A stretch of DNA of 64,000 bases from Eledone cirrhosa (taxonomy: Eukaryota), in NCBI GenBank assembly GCA_964016885.1, contig OZ024740.1:78306001-78370000 (forward strand). Reading direction: 5' to 3'. How positions within the stretch are numbered: the stretch's first letter is position 1; each line of letters opens with the position of its first letter. The position numbers and the translations under genes are program-made. Of this stretch, positions 28,457 to 40,979 are shown piece by piece. The notes under the pieces are model-generated. The model was given only the letters and a program-made list of their open reading frames with translations, did no database searches and was not told the DNA's origin.

Positions 28457-29434
28457 TGTGTGTGTTGTATGTGTGTGTTGTATATGTGTGTGTGCGTACG
28501 TTTGTGTTTGTGTGTGTATGTGTGTATGTGTGTGCGTGTGTATGTGTGTACGTGTGTGTGTATGTGTGTATGTGTGTATGTGTGTGCAAGTGTGCGTGTG
28601 TATGTGTGTACGTGTGTGTGTATATGTGTGTTTGTGTGTGTGTGTGTATGTGTGTGTGTATGTAGTGTATGTGTGTGTGTGTATGTGTGTGTGTGTGTGT
28701 GTGGTTTATCTTTGTCGAGCATACTATGAATGCAGTAGGTTGTTTGGCTCTAGTTTGATAAGATGCAAACATCAGCAGCCTTGGCGTTCTCTCCCACACG
28801 CCACCACCATCTTATCTTGATGCTATCGGTAGTTGGCCCTGATGCAGACATCTGGAGACATTTTTGTGACATTTCTCGTTCCTCTCAGACGTGCCTGGGT
28901 GACGTTTTCTCCATACTTTCCTGTCTTAATAGGATGCCAACCCTCTAATGAGTCTTCACAGCTCTACCCCCCCCCCTCTCTAACGTATGATTTGCTTCAC
29001 AAATTTATCTCACGGCGAGGCATGCAGTGCAGCTTTATACACACGCACACCACACACAAACGCACACATATATATATATACACACACGCACGCATGTGTA
29101 TACGCATACACACATGCATACATGCACTCTTACATATACACATGCATATACACATACATGCAAGTACACACACACACATACAGATACAAACACATGCATT
29201 CTCATACAAATACATATACATATTCACATATTGGCGCACATACTCACATATACATATTCACTTACAGAGGAATAAATTCACACAAATACACACGCATGCA
29301 CTTACATGAAAGTACATGCACCCATGCACACACATGTAAGTGTAAACGGTCACACATGCATGCACATACAAAGATAAACTCTAGTTGTGATCATTTCGTG
29401 TCTTCTACAATATCTCGAGACTCTTCTTAACACA

Positions 29435-30480
29435 TCCACTCAATAAATCAGCCGTAAGCATTGATGATTGCTTCAGTACGAGCTCTGAAACGTTGACATG
29501 CCCGAATCAGATGATCTTTATCTATTTTGGACATTGTGCTAGATATGGCGGACTTCAGAGATTTTATAGTGTCATGGGGGCGTTGATTAGTTTCCCTCTT
29601 GACGACGTCCCATACTGTGTAGTCGAATAGATTCAGGTCTGGAGAGCTAGGAGGCTATATGCTTGGGCTGACAAGATCGTTGATATTGTAAGTCATCTAT
29701 TCTTAGGTCGCCTTGGCTACTGCGATACGGTGCGGAGTTTTGTTGGTAGGCGTAAGGTCTTTTTTTTTTTTTGCTCCCGCTCTCTACCCAAGTCATCACA
29801 ACCCTCTCCAACACCCCCTTATGGTCAGCAGCATTGACCGTTAAGCCCTGAGGAAAGAAGTAGGGAGGCTTGACATCTCTCTCTTTGCTCACACCTCCCA
29901 GAACCATCACAATTGCCGGATACTATGACTGTTGGAACATATTTAGAGTCTCTGCATAAACATCTGTCATTCTTCCGAGTGACCTTTTAGTCCCTTTCAA
30001 AGTTTTTCTCATCATAGAAAAACCAAATCACTCCAAGCTCTTGATGTTTCAACTTCCTCAATAAGCGATTTGCGGGGATCAGACGGTTATCTTTTGTCTT
30101 TGCAGATAGGAATTGGTCTTTCCGCATCACATATGACTTGTATCGAAGGTCCTTATGCACAATTCTTCTGATAGTGTCCTTGAAAGCCTGATATCCACAG
30201 CAACGGTGCTAATTGATATGCTGAGGTTCTTATCGATAATTTTCTACACCTTTCGTACAAATTTAGGTGTTTTATGGTATTAAGACCATTCGTTTTACGT
30301 GTGGCTACTGTTGTAGAATCCCCGTCAGAGGCTTCCAGCTCTTTGCCAAGTTTGACAACAAACGACCATGCAATTTTCAGGAACTGAGCAATCTCTAAAT
30401 CACTATGCTCTGCCTTTAAGACAACGGATATAGCCTGTTTTTTTTATTTGCTAAGTTAACTGGATGTCTGTCATCATTTA
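29435..30480 (-). pseudogene. Tc1/mariner (maT/DD37D-like) transposase relic
   Basis: VMVLGGVS..PPYFFPQGL.VNA..YQQNSAP and PSSPDLNLFDY.VW..LIRACQRFR motifs, with multiple frameshifts. TIRs not resolved. Confidence 0.8.
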
Positions 30481-30779
30481 TCTGAAAATATATGATAATC
30501 AGAACAAGTTAGAAAAATAGTTAGAGTTATTAAAAGACGTTTCCTCAAAGAACAGAGCAGCCCTGTACTGGTGATAATATGATATACTAAATTCCAGCAA
30601 GGCGGTGCCCTAGCAGAGCCGGAGTCTAATGACTGAAACAAGTACAAGAATTAAAGAATATATTCAAGATAAATTTCTACTGAATGATCAATATACAAAA
30701 GGAAGGCACTGGTCTTTCTTTTTTGACTAAGCCTTTAAAATACCAAATATGTCCAGGACTCAATATAATTGACCACAAG

Positions 30780-31760
30780 GGCGGAGGACTAGTAGAATTG
30801 GTAGAACGCGGATAAAATATTTTGCAGCATTTAGTTAAGGCCATTTACGTTCTGAGTTCAAATACCACCGAGGTTAACATTGCTTTTCATTCTTCCGGGG
30901 TCAATAAAATAAAGTATCAGTCATGTACTGGGGTTGACGTAATCGACTTCGTCCCCTTAAATTGTTGGCCTTGAGCCTAAATTAGAAACCCCTATTTAGA
31001 GCAGAATCATTAGAGAGTCGAATAGAATGCTTTATATTATCTGTTTCAGTACTTTGTGCTCTGTGTTCAAATCCTTCCAAGGCCAACTTTGCTTTTCATC
31101 CTTTCGCAGTCGTTAACATAAAGTATCAGTTATGTTCTGGGGTTTATATAATTGCCTGGTCTTGTGCCTAAAGTAGAAATCATTATCATTAAGGGCCGCT
31201 GATGCAAAAATCGGTAGAGCGGTATTTAGTTACTTTTTCTTTACATCTAATTAAATAATGTTAAATATTTAAGAGGTACACTTAATAATTACAAGGCGCC
31301 GAGTTCAATCCCTCTGCGTGGCATCTTGAGCAAGTGTCATTTGTCATGACTTCAAGTTGACCCTGACCTTGTAAGTGAAATTGGATAGATGTAGGATCAA
31401 ACTCAGAATTTCATGATTGTGAAGTAAACTATTTAGCCATGCTGTATATCACATATTTTACTATGTTTAATTACTAGCAACAGTGCTTTATCTGAGTCTA
31501 AAATAAATTTAATCACATGAATTCACTATATTTTTCAAGAATTGCTTCCACAAATAATGGTTTCTAGTATAGGCTCAAGACTAAAAATTTGGTGATAAGA
31601 GAAAGTCGATTATATCGACCTCAATACTTCGCTGGTATTTTATTATATTGATCTTGGAAGGATGAAAAGTAAAGTTGACATCAGCGAGATCTGAAATCAG
31701 AATGTAAAAAGCCAGAACAAAGCATTCATCCACTCTAACAACTCTGACAATCCACCGCCC
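30780..31760. mobile_element. Cluster of older SINE copies
   Basis: Diverged family 1 copies at ~30780-30990 (+), ~31000-31185 (+) and ~31555-31760 (-), plus a family 2 fragment at ~31290-31390. Confidence 0.7.
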
Positions 31761-31788
31761 CGCTTAAAATTATCACTCTTTATAATTA

Positions 31789-32421
31789 CTAGCAGAAAAA
31801 CGACCCTTCGGGTGGTTTTCAGCTAGCATGTTTAGTGTGCATATTGATATTATACACAAGTATATATACATGTAGATAGGATACATCAAATAAAATCGTA
31901 ATTGACAATATACACAGAAATTGAACGAAGACTGCGTTACACTGTCTTATGTAATCAGTAACGTAATCCATTGACGGAAATATATGACTGTTTATTTAAG
32001 CGATCGCTAACCGGAAGTGTTTCATTTGAAAATTTTAAAGAAGTGAATCTTAAAATAAGTGACAAAATTATTTATATTTAATCAAGAATAACGAAATTTA
32101 GTAGATAAATTATGTAACATTCATTCATTATTTATTCAAATGGCGGTGGATTGGCAGTATCGGTAGAGGGTCGGACGCCATGCTTTCCAGCATAGTTACG
32201 TCCCTTTACGATCTGAGTTCAAATCCCGCCGAGGTTGACTTTGCCTTTCATCCTTACGGGGTCGATAAAATAAAATACCAGTAATGCACTGGGTAATTGC
32301 TGGCCTTGTGCCTAAAGTAGAAACAATTATTTATTCAAAGTAATCCAACTTATTTTATAAACGGGATAAAAAAATATATTCTGGACGCTGTCCCGTACTC
32401 CCCCCTTTATTATAGTTTAGA
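31789..32421 (-). mobile_element. Non-autonomous Helitron-like element with SINE insertion
   Basis: 5' TC and 3' palindrome + CTAG. Homologous to 59893-61011. Confidence 0.72.
32141..32325 (+). mobile_element. tRNA-derived SINE, family 1 (Meta-like central domain)
   Basis: A box tggcagtatcgg, B box gagttcaaatcc, core gcctttcatccttacggggtcgataaaat, 14-bp TSD attatttattcaaa. Confidence 0.88.
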
Positions 32422-32424
32422 TGT

Positions 32425-33137
32425 CTAATTTAAACAGAAGGCCAGCAATATAGGGGGAGGGAAAAGTCGGTTAAATAGACCCTAGTAATTGATTGTACTT
32501 CATTTTATCGACCTCGGTAGGATGAGAGGCAAAGTTGACCTCAACCGTATTTGAACTCAGATTGTAGAGCCGGAAGAAAGACTGCAAATCTGTAATAGAT
32601 TGTGCCAATCTACTGTCCTTATGTCCTTATTGTTTTCAAAAATAATGTAAACAGTATCAATTTTTTTCAGAAATGTTTCACGCAGAATTGTTGAATTCTT
32701 TCTTTCCTTTTTTTTTTCTTTTTCTTTTTTTCGGTGGATGTTTATATTTAATGTTTACTACATTTTACAAACAGAAGTTATACAATGATGGAAATATTAA
32801 AACAAAATGATAAAAATAAAATTAAGCAATGAAAAAAAACAAGGAGTAAAGGTTAAACAAGGGTGGACTGTATAGGAAATTAAAGGAAAGAACTATAAAT
32901 GCCACAAATGTGAAGAAAAAATGGCTGTAGAATATATCAGAAAAAATAACTGTTTCTACTTTAGGCACAAGGCCAGCAATTACCCAGTGCATTACTGGTA
33001 CTTTATTTTATCGACCCCGTAAGGATGAAAGGCAAAGTCAACCTCGGCGGGATTTGAACTCAGACTGTAAAGGGACGTAACTATGCTGGAAAGCATGGTG
33101 TCCGACTCTCTACCGATACTGCCAATCCACCGCCCTT
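32425..33137 (-). mobile_element. Two SINE family 1 copies
   Basis: An old copy at ~32425-32620 and a young copy at 32951-33137 with TSD tatcagaaaaaataac. Confidence 0.8.
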
Positions 33138-33748
33138 TATCAGAAAAAATAACGTAGCCTATGATCTTCTTTAAGAAAATATGACTCTATGCAAAATTTC
33201 AGCAAATTTGGTAGTCAACTGTGGCTTACATCTTGGAATACAGTCACACATTCATTTTTATCCCCCCCCCCCCAAGCCTTTCTGAAACAGAAGGTATTGT
33301 AATTCGAACTGTAAGTATTTCATTCTTAGTCTAACTTTTCTCAATTGCACCATTTCTTTTCTATCATCCGTCTTGCTATTTAGACAAATATGTTAACCGC
33401 ACCACAAGACTCACAAATTTAACGCTTTCGTGGCATCTAAAGCATCATTGCACATCTAAAAGTTTCACAAGAGTTCACAATATTGGCAGGGGGGCAGCAC
33501 GGATTTGCCAGGTGGAATCTCTCTACACATGTATCCACTCTGACTGAACTTAGTCCTCTTATGGAAAGGCCATTCAAATGAATAACTCAAAGAACCATCA
33601 AAAGGAACCAAATAATGCTGATGGCAACAGTGATGCCGATAATGGTGTTTGTATTAATCTATTTAGGTCTGTGAAGGTACGCTATGTTCTTTAGCTCTCT
33701 TGTTTATTTCAGCTATCACAGCCAAGACTATGGCCATGCCGGAACACC

Positions 33749-33824
<76 letters not shown>

Positions 33825-34361
33825 AATAAATTTAGTCCTTCATCAGTGATCTTCCAACCTTCATTGGTATTTCATCGCTTTAAAGACCATATACTTCCGG
33901 TTGGTGCGAGTAACGGCTAAAGAAAGTCGTTGGGACACGTAAATAGGGGGAACGAGCGAGACAGTAAACAATCAAAGATGGTAATGCAACGAAAAGTGAG
34001 GAAGAAGGAGTCAAGTCCCTGAAATCGATGAACATAAGTTCTGTGAAATCGTAGACGAAAGAGAATAAAGACCATACGACCTGGTCGAAGTGAGCGTGAG
34101 AAAAGAATCTCGCACAGGTCAAACGGGAGGAAATAGGAGAGGGAGTGAGTGAAAGTGTGAGGAAGAGGCTAACAGAGAGAGTGTCTGTTAGAGGGAGTAA
34201 AAGGAAGTGAGAGATACAGAGAAAAGGGGAAGCAGTAAGAAAGAAACAGACGGGTCACAGCGGAAGAAATTATATATGAATATGAAAACATGGCGTGCTG
34301 CGTGGTTGCAAATGGGTTACATATGAATAAATTTAGTCCTTCATCAGTTGCATATATCAGT

Positions 34362-34479
<118 letters not shown>

Positions 34480-34488
34480 TATATATGC

Positions 34489-34529
<41 letters not shown>

Positions 34530-34554
34530 TAACAATATATATATATATATATAT

Positions 34555-34654
<100 letters not shown>

Positions 34655-34800
34655 ATACATTGGGAGGGTCATGTTGCCAATAAGAAACACACGCACCAGA
34701 TGCTTTCACTTCAATTTATTATAATAAATTTATAAATTTAAGAATTTATAAATTTCCGGTTGGTTGGTTGGTTCCACAACCAGATGGTTGTTTATATATT

Positions 34801-34843
34801 GTCAAAGTTCTTTCGTCACACATTCTGTGACCTCTTCAGTGAC
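34801..34843 (-). ncRNA. Minimal hammerhead
   Basis: Minus strand: gtca-CTGAAGA-ggtcaca gaatg tgtgac-GAAA-gaac-TT-tgac. Confidence 0.75.
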
Positions 34844-35362
34844 TGGGGATTCTTTTCTTTGTTTTTTTGTGCCTCTCCTTTGTTCTGTCCTACGCCATCT
34901 TGTTTTTGTGTGACACACAAAAACAAGATGGCGTAGGACTCTACTACCCTAAGTATTGAGTACTTTGGTGCGTTATGGTCCACCTGGTTCCTTACCACAT
35001 TTCCTTCGTTATATATATATATATATATATATGATAAACCTTCCCGCAGAGAATGATGTATGAGTACGCTTAGTTGTCGGATCAACTGAACAACTTATTG
35101 AATTAACGTGCAAAGTGGCTGGCTCTTCCACAGATATACCCTTAGTATAATCCTCAACTAGTATGATATAACGTGACAAGGCTTCACTTTTAGATTAAAA
35201 TTACAGTCCATCTGATGAGCTTCAATACAGTTTCAGTTAACCGATTTTCACTACCAGATTTTGGATCTATTCGAGGCTATTGTAAGGATACAGCGTAATC
35301 GAACCTGCGATCTTGTGGTTATGAAGTAATCTTAAACCATTTCACTGTAAACTTTTATATTC

Positions 35363-35950
35363 TGTCTCGCTTCTATAATGATTTCTCATATAGGCAGAAG
35401 GCCAGCAATTTGGGGGCGGAGAATTGATTAAATCGACCTTGTGCGTGACTGCTACTTTATTTTATCGACCGCGTAAAGATGAAAGGCAAAATTAACCTCG
35501 GCGGGATTTGGTCTCAGATTATAAAGGGACGTAACTCTATGCTGGAAAGCATGTCCGACCCTCTACCGATACTGCCAATCCACCGTCCTATGTCTCGCTT
35601 CTATAATGATTTCTAATTTCGATAAAAGTCAAACGATTCCTGGGGTGGAGAAGGTCGATTCAATCAATCGATGTACGTTACTGGTACTTTATTCTATCAA
35701 CCCTGGTAGGATGAAAGGGGAAGTTGAATTCGGTGAGATTTGAACTCAGAACGCAATGGGCCGTAATTTCTCGCTTCTATAATAATTTCTTATCTAGGCA
35801 CAAAGCCAATAAATTTGGGAGAGGGTAAAGTCGTTTACATCGACGCCAGTACTTGACTGGAACTTTATTTTATTGACTTTGTAAGAATGGAAGGCAAAGT
35901 TAACCTGGGAGGGATTTGAACTCACAGTGTAAAGGGCCGTACTATCTCGC
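35363..35950 (-). mobile_element. Three head-to-tail SINE family 1 copies
   Basis: Units separated by the repeated tctcgcttctataat(g/a)atttct. Confidence 0.8.
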
Positions 35951-37014
35951 TTAAATTAAATGAAAAGAAGCCATGATATTGGGATATAAGAACACAGAAA
36001 AAAATATATCCCATGAGACAACGAAAATGGAAGCTGGCCAATTCTTAAATGCTGTAGAATGTTTGGTTTATTTGGTTAGGTGGGTTATGTATTGGTTCAT
36101 CAGCTGGAGACATCTGTTAGGAGCAGGAGTTCTTTGACCTAGATGGTACCACCAAGTAAACCACATGGTGAATATATGAATATATCATACGACTGATGTA
36201 TCTTCAGCTGCATTGCAACATTGCAACATTGCAACTGACTAATGGCTGCTGACATCTGTATCTGATTTTTCCCTGCTAGCTTCTGTTCTTCACATCTTTT
36301 GAATATTTTGTTGTTGTTATTGTTTTGGGTTTTATTATTGTTCGTTTACTTTTTCGTCAGCCAGATGCTGTAGGAAATTGGATTGTCTAATATAGTATAG
36401 CTCATCTGTTTTAAACATATGGCCAGCCAATAAGGGGCGGGACAAGAAAGCCTCTACGTGGTCAGACCATCTGCTAGAAAAGCCGTTAACTATATTGGAT
36501 AATATAGTTCTAGGTGGATGATGCATGGGCACTTTGGAATAGCAGCCAAATCTCCCTCAAATCACACTTTACAATCTTTAAAAAAAGGACATTGGACAAT
36601 GTAGTCCTAGATAGATTATTCCTGTAGAAAACGAAACACAAAAGCTCCCTAGATTGCTCGTGTTGCTGTTTAAAAGGGACATTAGAAAATGTAGTCCTAG
36701 ATAGATTATGCCTGTAGAAAATAAAACAGAAAAGCTCTCCAGTTTGCTGGTGTTGTTGTTGTTGTTTAGCCCTGGGCTAGCTCTGTTCTAACAACCAATA
36801 ACAGTTAGGTAGTTAGCCGGACGACCGGTCGTAATCCACAAATCCAGGTGCACCGTATCTCTGTCTAGTTGAGGCCCACACTTTACATTCTGACATATAG
36901 AGACTGTTAATTGTACGTTTTTAGACAAATAAACTTCACTTTTTAGCACAAATGTTAGTAGTGATAGTGTGTGTGTGTGGGGGGGGGGGTGAAGAGCAGT
37001 AGTGAATTTTATAA

Positions 37015-37223
37015 TGATTCAGGCACAAGGCCAACAATTTTGGAGGAAGGGAAAGTCGATTAAATCGATCCTAGTATGTTACTGGTACTTTATTTTATCG
37101 ACTCCGATGGATTAAAGACAAAGCTAACTTCGGCGGGATGTGAAATCAGAACATAAAGGGACGTAACTACATGTCACAAAGAAGGGTGTCCGACGCCCTA
37201 CCGATACTGTCAATTCACTGCCC
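37015..37223 (-). mobile_element. SINE family 1
   Basis: Similarity to the other family 1 copies. Confidence 0.8.
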
Positions 37224-37862
37224 TAGTAAATTTTATAATAAAATGATAAATTATATGTTTGCAAGATAACATTATGATGAAATTAAAGGGAACAGGGAAG
37301 TAGTGACAGACTCTACACCCCCCCACCCCCACCCCCAGCCTGCACGGTATATCTTAGTTGCACTGTGCCGACAAAATGGCGAAAGCATTTCTGCGGAGAA
37401 CAATGATCTAAGGATGCCCTGTCTGTTTCATCCAAGTTCAACAATTACATAACAACGATAGTATGATATGATTTCAGGAAGATTTTGCTACGAGCCAATG
37501 TATGAGTATCTAAGTGTTAACTTTAACAGTTAGATACCGAGCCACTTCTCACCGTGATGTGTTATTGTGTTAGATTCGATGAAGATGAGTGAATAGAGGC
37601 CCACGTCCTGTGGGTCATTATCATGTAAAATCTGCAGTGGATTGGCAGTATCGGTAGAGTGTCAGACTCCATGTTTTGTAGCATAGAGTTATGGCCCTTT
37701 TCGTTCTGAGTTCAAATACTGCCTTTCATCCTTACGGGGTAAATCACTAGAGAGCGCCAATCTGGTGCACCTAAAGTACTGATTATAACAAAACTTTTCG
37801 TCATTCACTAAACCTTCTACTACTATTACACTAATTTACACACACACACACACACGCACATG

Positions 37863-37951
<89 letters not shown>

Positions 37952-38060
37952 TTACGGTAAAGATTAAGGCAATTCAATTCAAGCATTCAACGTACTTTTT
38001 CCATATAGAAGTGACGGAGTATATTTAGAATAAGAAAATGCGAAGTCCTTTAATGATAAT

Positions 38061-38135
38061 GCTGTGATACATATTTCAATGACGACAGTGGTCACACGAT
38101 TACGTGTACCCAGTGCCGTGACATCATCAGACAGC
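38061..38135 (-). ncRNA. Hammerhead with long stem II
   Basis: Minus strand: gctgt-CTGATGA-tgtcacggcactgggtacacg taat cgtgtgaccactgtcgtcatt-GAAA-tatgta-TC-acagc. Confidence 0.8.
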
Positions 38136-38340
38136 TTCTTACATAAAAAGGTTACATTTTGAATGTTGAATCCAAGCTGAATCGAAGTTGAATCGACAAA
38201 GGAACGGACAAAGCGGGTGTTCTTGAATCCTTCGCCCGTTCCCTTGTGAGTCCCAATTCACCCCCACCGGTTTGCGCAGGCGCAAGTCCGAAGGAAGTTG
38301 ACCATCCACTACCCCAAACCTCTACGAAATACGAAACTCT

Positions 38341-38437
<97 letters not shown>

Positions 38438-38605
38438 GAGGTTATATTTAATTTGTTGGGATACAACAAGCAAAAAAAAATTTTATAACTGATATAAAGC
38501 ACTCAACAAATTATTGGAGTAAATATACAATATATTAACAAATGGAAAGTATATTTATAAAACCATATTTATTTCATTGTACATATTTCAAGGGCCACCA
38601 AGGCA

Positions 38606-38649
<44 letters not shown>

Positions 38650-38789
38650 TGGCTGCCAACTCGTTTTCGAGTATGGCCACTACTTTATATCCATGTAGGA
38701 GAACTCCTACCGATGCGCTGAACGAGTGTGACTTTTTAGTCCAGCCAGCGACTTGAAAACTCTGGTACAAACACTACACTTGTGACAAT

Positions 38790-39255
38790 TATTGACACAT
38801 AGTACTGGGCCCATGGTACCATGTGACGACAAGTGCTGAGAGATCTCCAGATATAAAGCAATGCCTATGCCGTGAAGCTTTTATAGTGAGCAAAGGCACT
38901 GCCCAAAGCCAGTCCCACTCTCTTAACCAAGATGATATTTACCAAAAAGAAGAACAAGTCAACATCATTGGATACAATCAGGCTTGCAGGTGTTATATCA
39001 GAGTTTCCCTTCTCCTAGAATTCTGCCTTGACAAAGGCTAAGGGGTCATCTCTCCCGGTGATTTTGGGTGGCCATTGACTCTTAAGAGCTCCTTTGCCCT
39101 TTGACAGGTTTTGTTTTTAGTCTTGCAGGATGTCCAAAGTCACCCTCCTCACCAAGAAACCTTGGTGGGGTTGTCAGTTTAGTCGCCAACGACCCGACCA
39201 TGAGACAGGTTGTACTGGGATACATGTTACCAGTAGCACCAACTGGTGACCTGAC
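38790..39255 (+). repeat. Dispersed repeat of unknown class (copies ~6720-6975 + and ~40230-40700 -)
   Basis: Shared gacccgaccatgagacaggttgtactgg..acatgttaccagta. Confidence 0.65.
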
Positions 39256-39325
39256 ATACACACCTACATATATACATACCTACCTACACACATACATACA
39301 TACATATATATATATATACATACAT

Positions 39326-39377
<52 letters not shown>

Positions 39378-39676
39378 ATACACTGGGGTAATTTCTGGCC
39401 TTGTGCCAAAAGTAGAAACAATCATCATATGAAATCTCATAAACATAGCGAAAGAACTTTATAACTAAATATTTTCTGTGGCTCCTGTAATCTGTTATCT
39501 CAGTATCTCGTTTGGAGAGTCCTCACGTATTTCATAGACACATTTTACTTTTACTGTACTCCGCTGAATGCTTTCTTTCTCTCCCGATATTTCAGATAAA
39601 TTTGTGTGGGGATGTTTACACTTATCACTTATCCCCATCTATTGTAAAGAAACGACAATACACGGCAATATTCCAC

Positions 39677-39718
39677 TATCCTGAAGATGAGACTATGAAT
39701 AAGTGAGAAACGTTGATG
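39677..39718 (+). ncRNA. Decayed minimal hammerhead
   Basis: tatc-CTGAAGA-(weak stem II)-GAAA-cg-TT-gatg. Confidence 0.4.
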
Positions 39719-40979
39719 ATAGATTTAGGAACTTTACTATAGCCTACCCTCCTAAAAGAAACTACAGGGGGTTATGAGAAGAAAAAAGTTTAATAAAAAA
39801 GAGCAAACAACACCACAGTCATGTTTTCAACACTTGTGAGAGTTTATGTAATTTCGGGTCCTAAATAATAGGGGTTTGTAATAAACGTAGGGTGTGGAGG
39901 GAGAAATTTGTAATTTTTTTAGGTTGTTTCCGTTGATTTTTTTTTTTAAACCAGAATTTGTTGTTTAGTTTACATATCGAGACCCCAACCTATCCTATTT
40001 ATTTTATAACGTATGGGATTTCTTGCAATGTACTTTTTTTTTGTCATGTGTAATGTTTCTTAATGTATAAAGGAAATTGATTGTCGCAGGATCGCTGCCG
40101 CATAAAATGAAATGTCGCCGGTGATAGATTAGCAAAATTTAATAAGTGGTGGGAGGCGGGTCATTATACGAGATTCGAGAGTATGTCTAAATGTAAGATG
40201 TGTGTACATATATGTAGGTGATATTTATATTTACTGGTAACATGTAACCCAGTACAACCTGTCCTATGGTCGGGTCGTCGACGACTAAACCGGCAACCCC
40301 ACCAAGCTTGCTTGGTGAGGAGGGGGGGATGATATTTGGACACCCTGCGAGATGAAATACAAGACCCGGCAAAGGGCGGAGGAACTCAGCAGAGTCAACG
40401 GCCATCCAAATAGTACTTTATTTTCCACCTGGGAGTGAAAGGCCTCCAGTTGTTGTCACAACACCTTTCTAGGAGAGGGAAACTCTGAAAAATAAACCTG
40501 CGGCTTCGGAAGCATCCGATGATGTTGACCAGTTCTCCTTTTCGGGTAATGTTTGCGATGCTCAGAGAGTGGGATTGGTCGAGTGCAAGGCCTTTCCCCA
40601 CTTAAAAAACCTTCAAAGCACATGCATTGTTTGTTCAGGATCTGTTAGTTTGGAGTGGCCGGCCGTAGCCTAAAAGTGCACCATTTTCTGTAATCTGACA
40701 AGCGATTACAATACCCTTAGCAGAACTTGCAGCCATCATGTATGAATGAACGTATGTATGTTCTTCTGGTTTTATAATTTCACAATTTTTTTCCCAATAG
40801 AGAGAGTCGGTTTCTAACATAGACACAAGACTCTCTCATTGGAATTTACACAACATCAACTAGGTAGATATGTATGCATGTGTAGATATGGATGTTATTG
40901 TATGTGTGGATATGTATGTTTTGAGTTGTATGTGTGCATGTGTATATGCTTTGTATCTGTACATGTGTATATGCAGTTA

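Noticed and set aside
33823-34352. Two minus-strand CTGATGAagg motifs (direct repeat gaataaatttagtccttcatcagt)
   Set aside because: No GAAA/stem III/stem I completion visible; at most truncated hammerheads.
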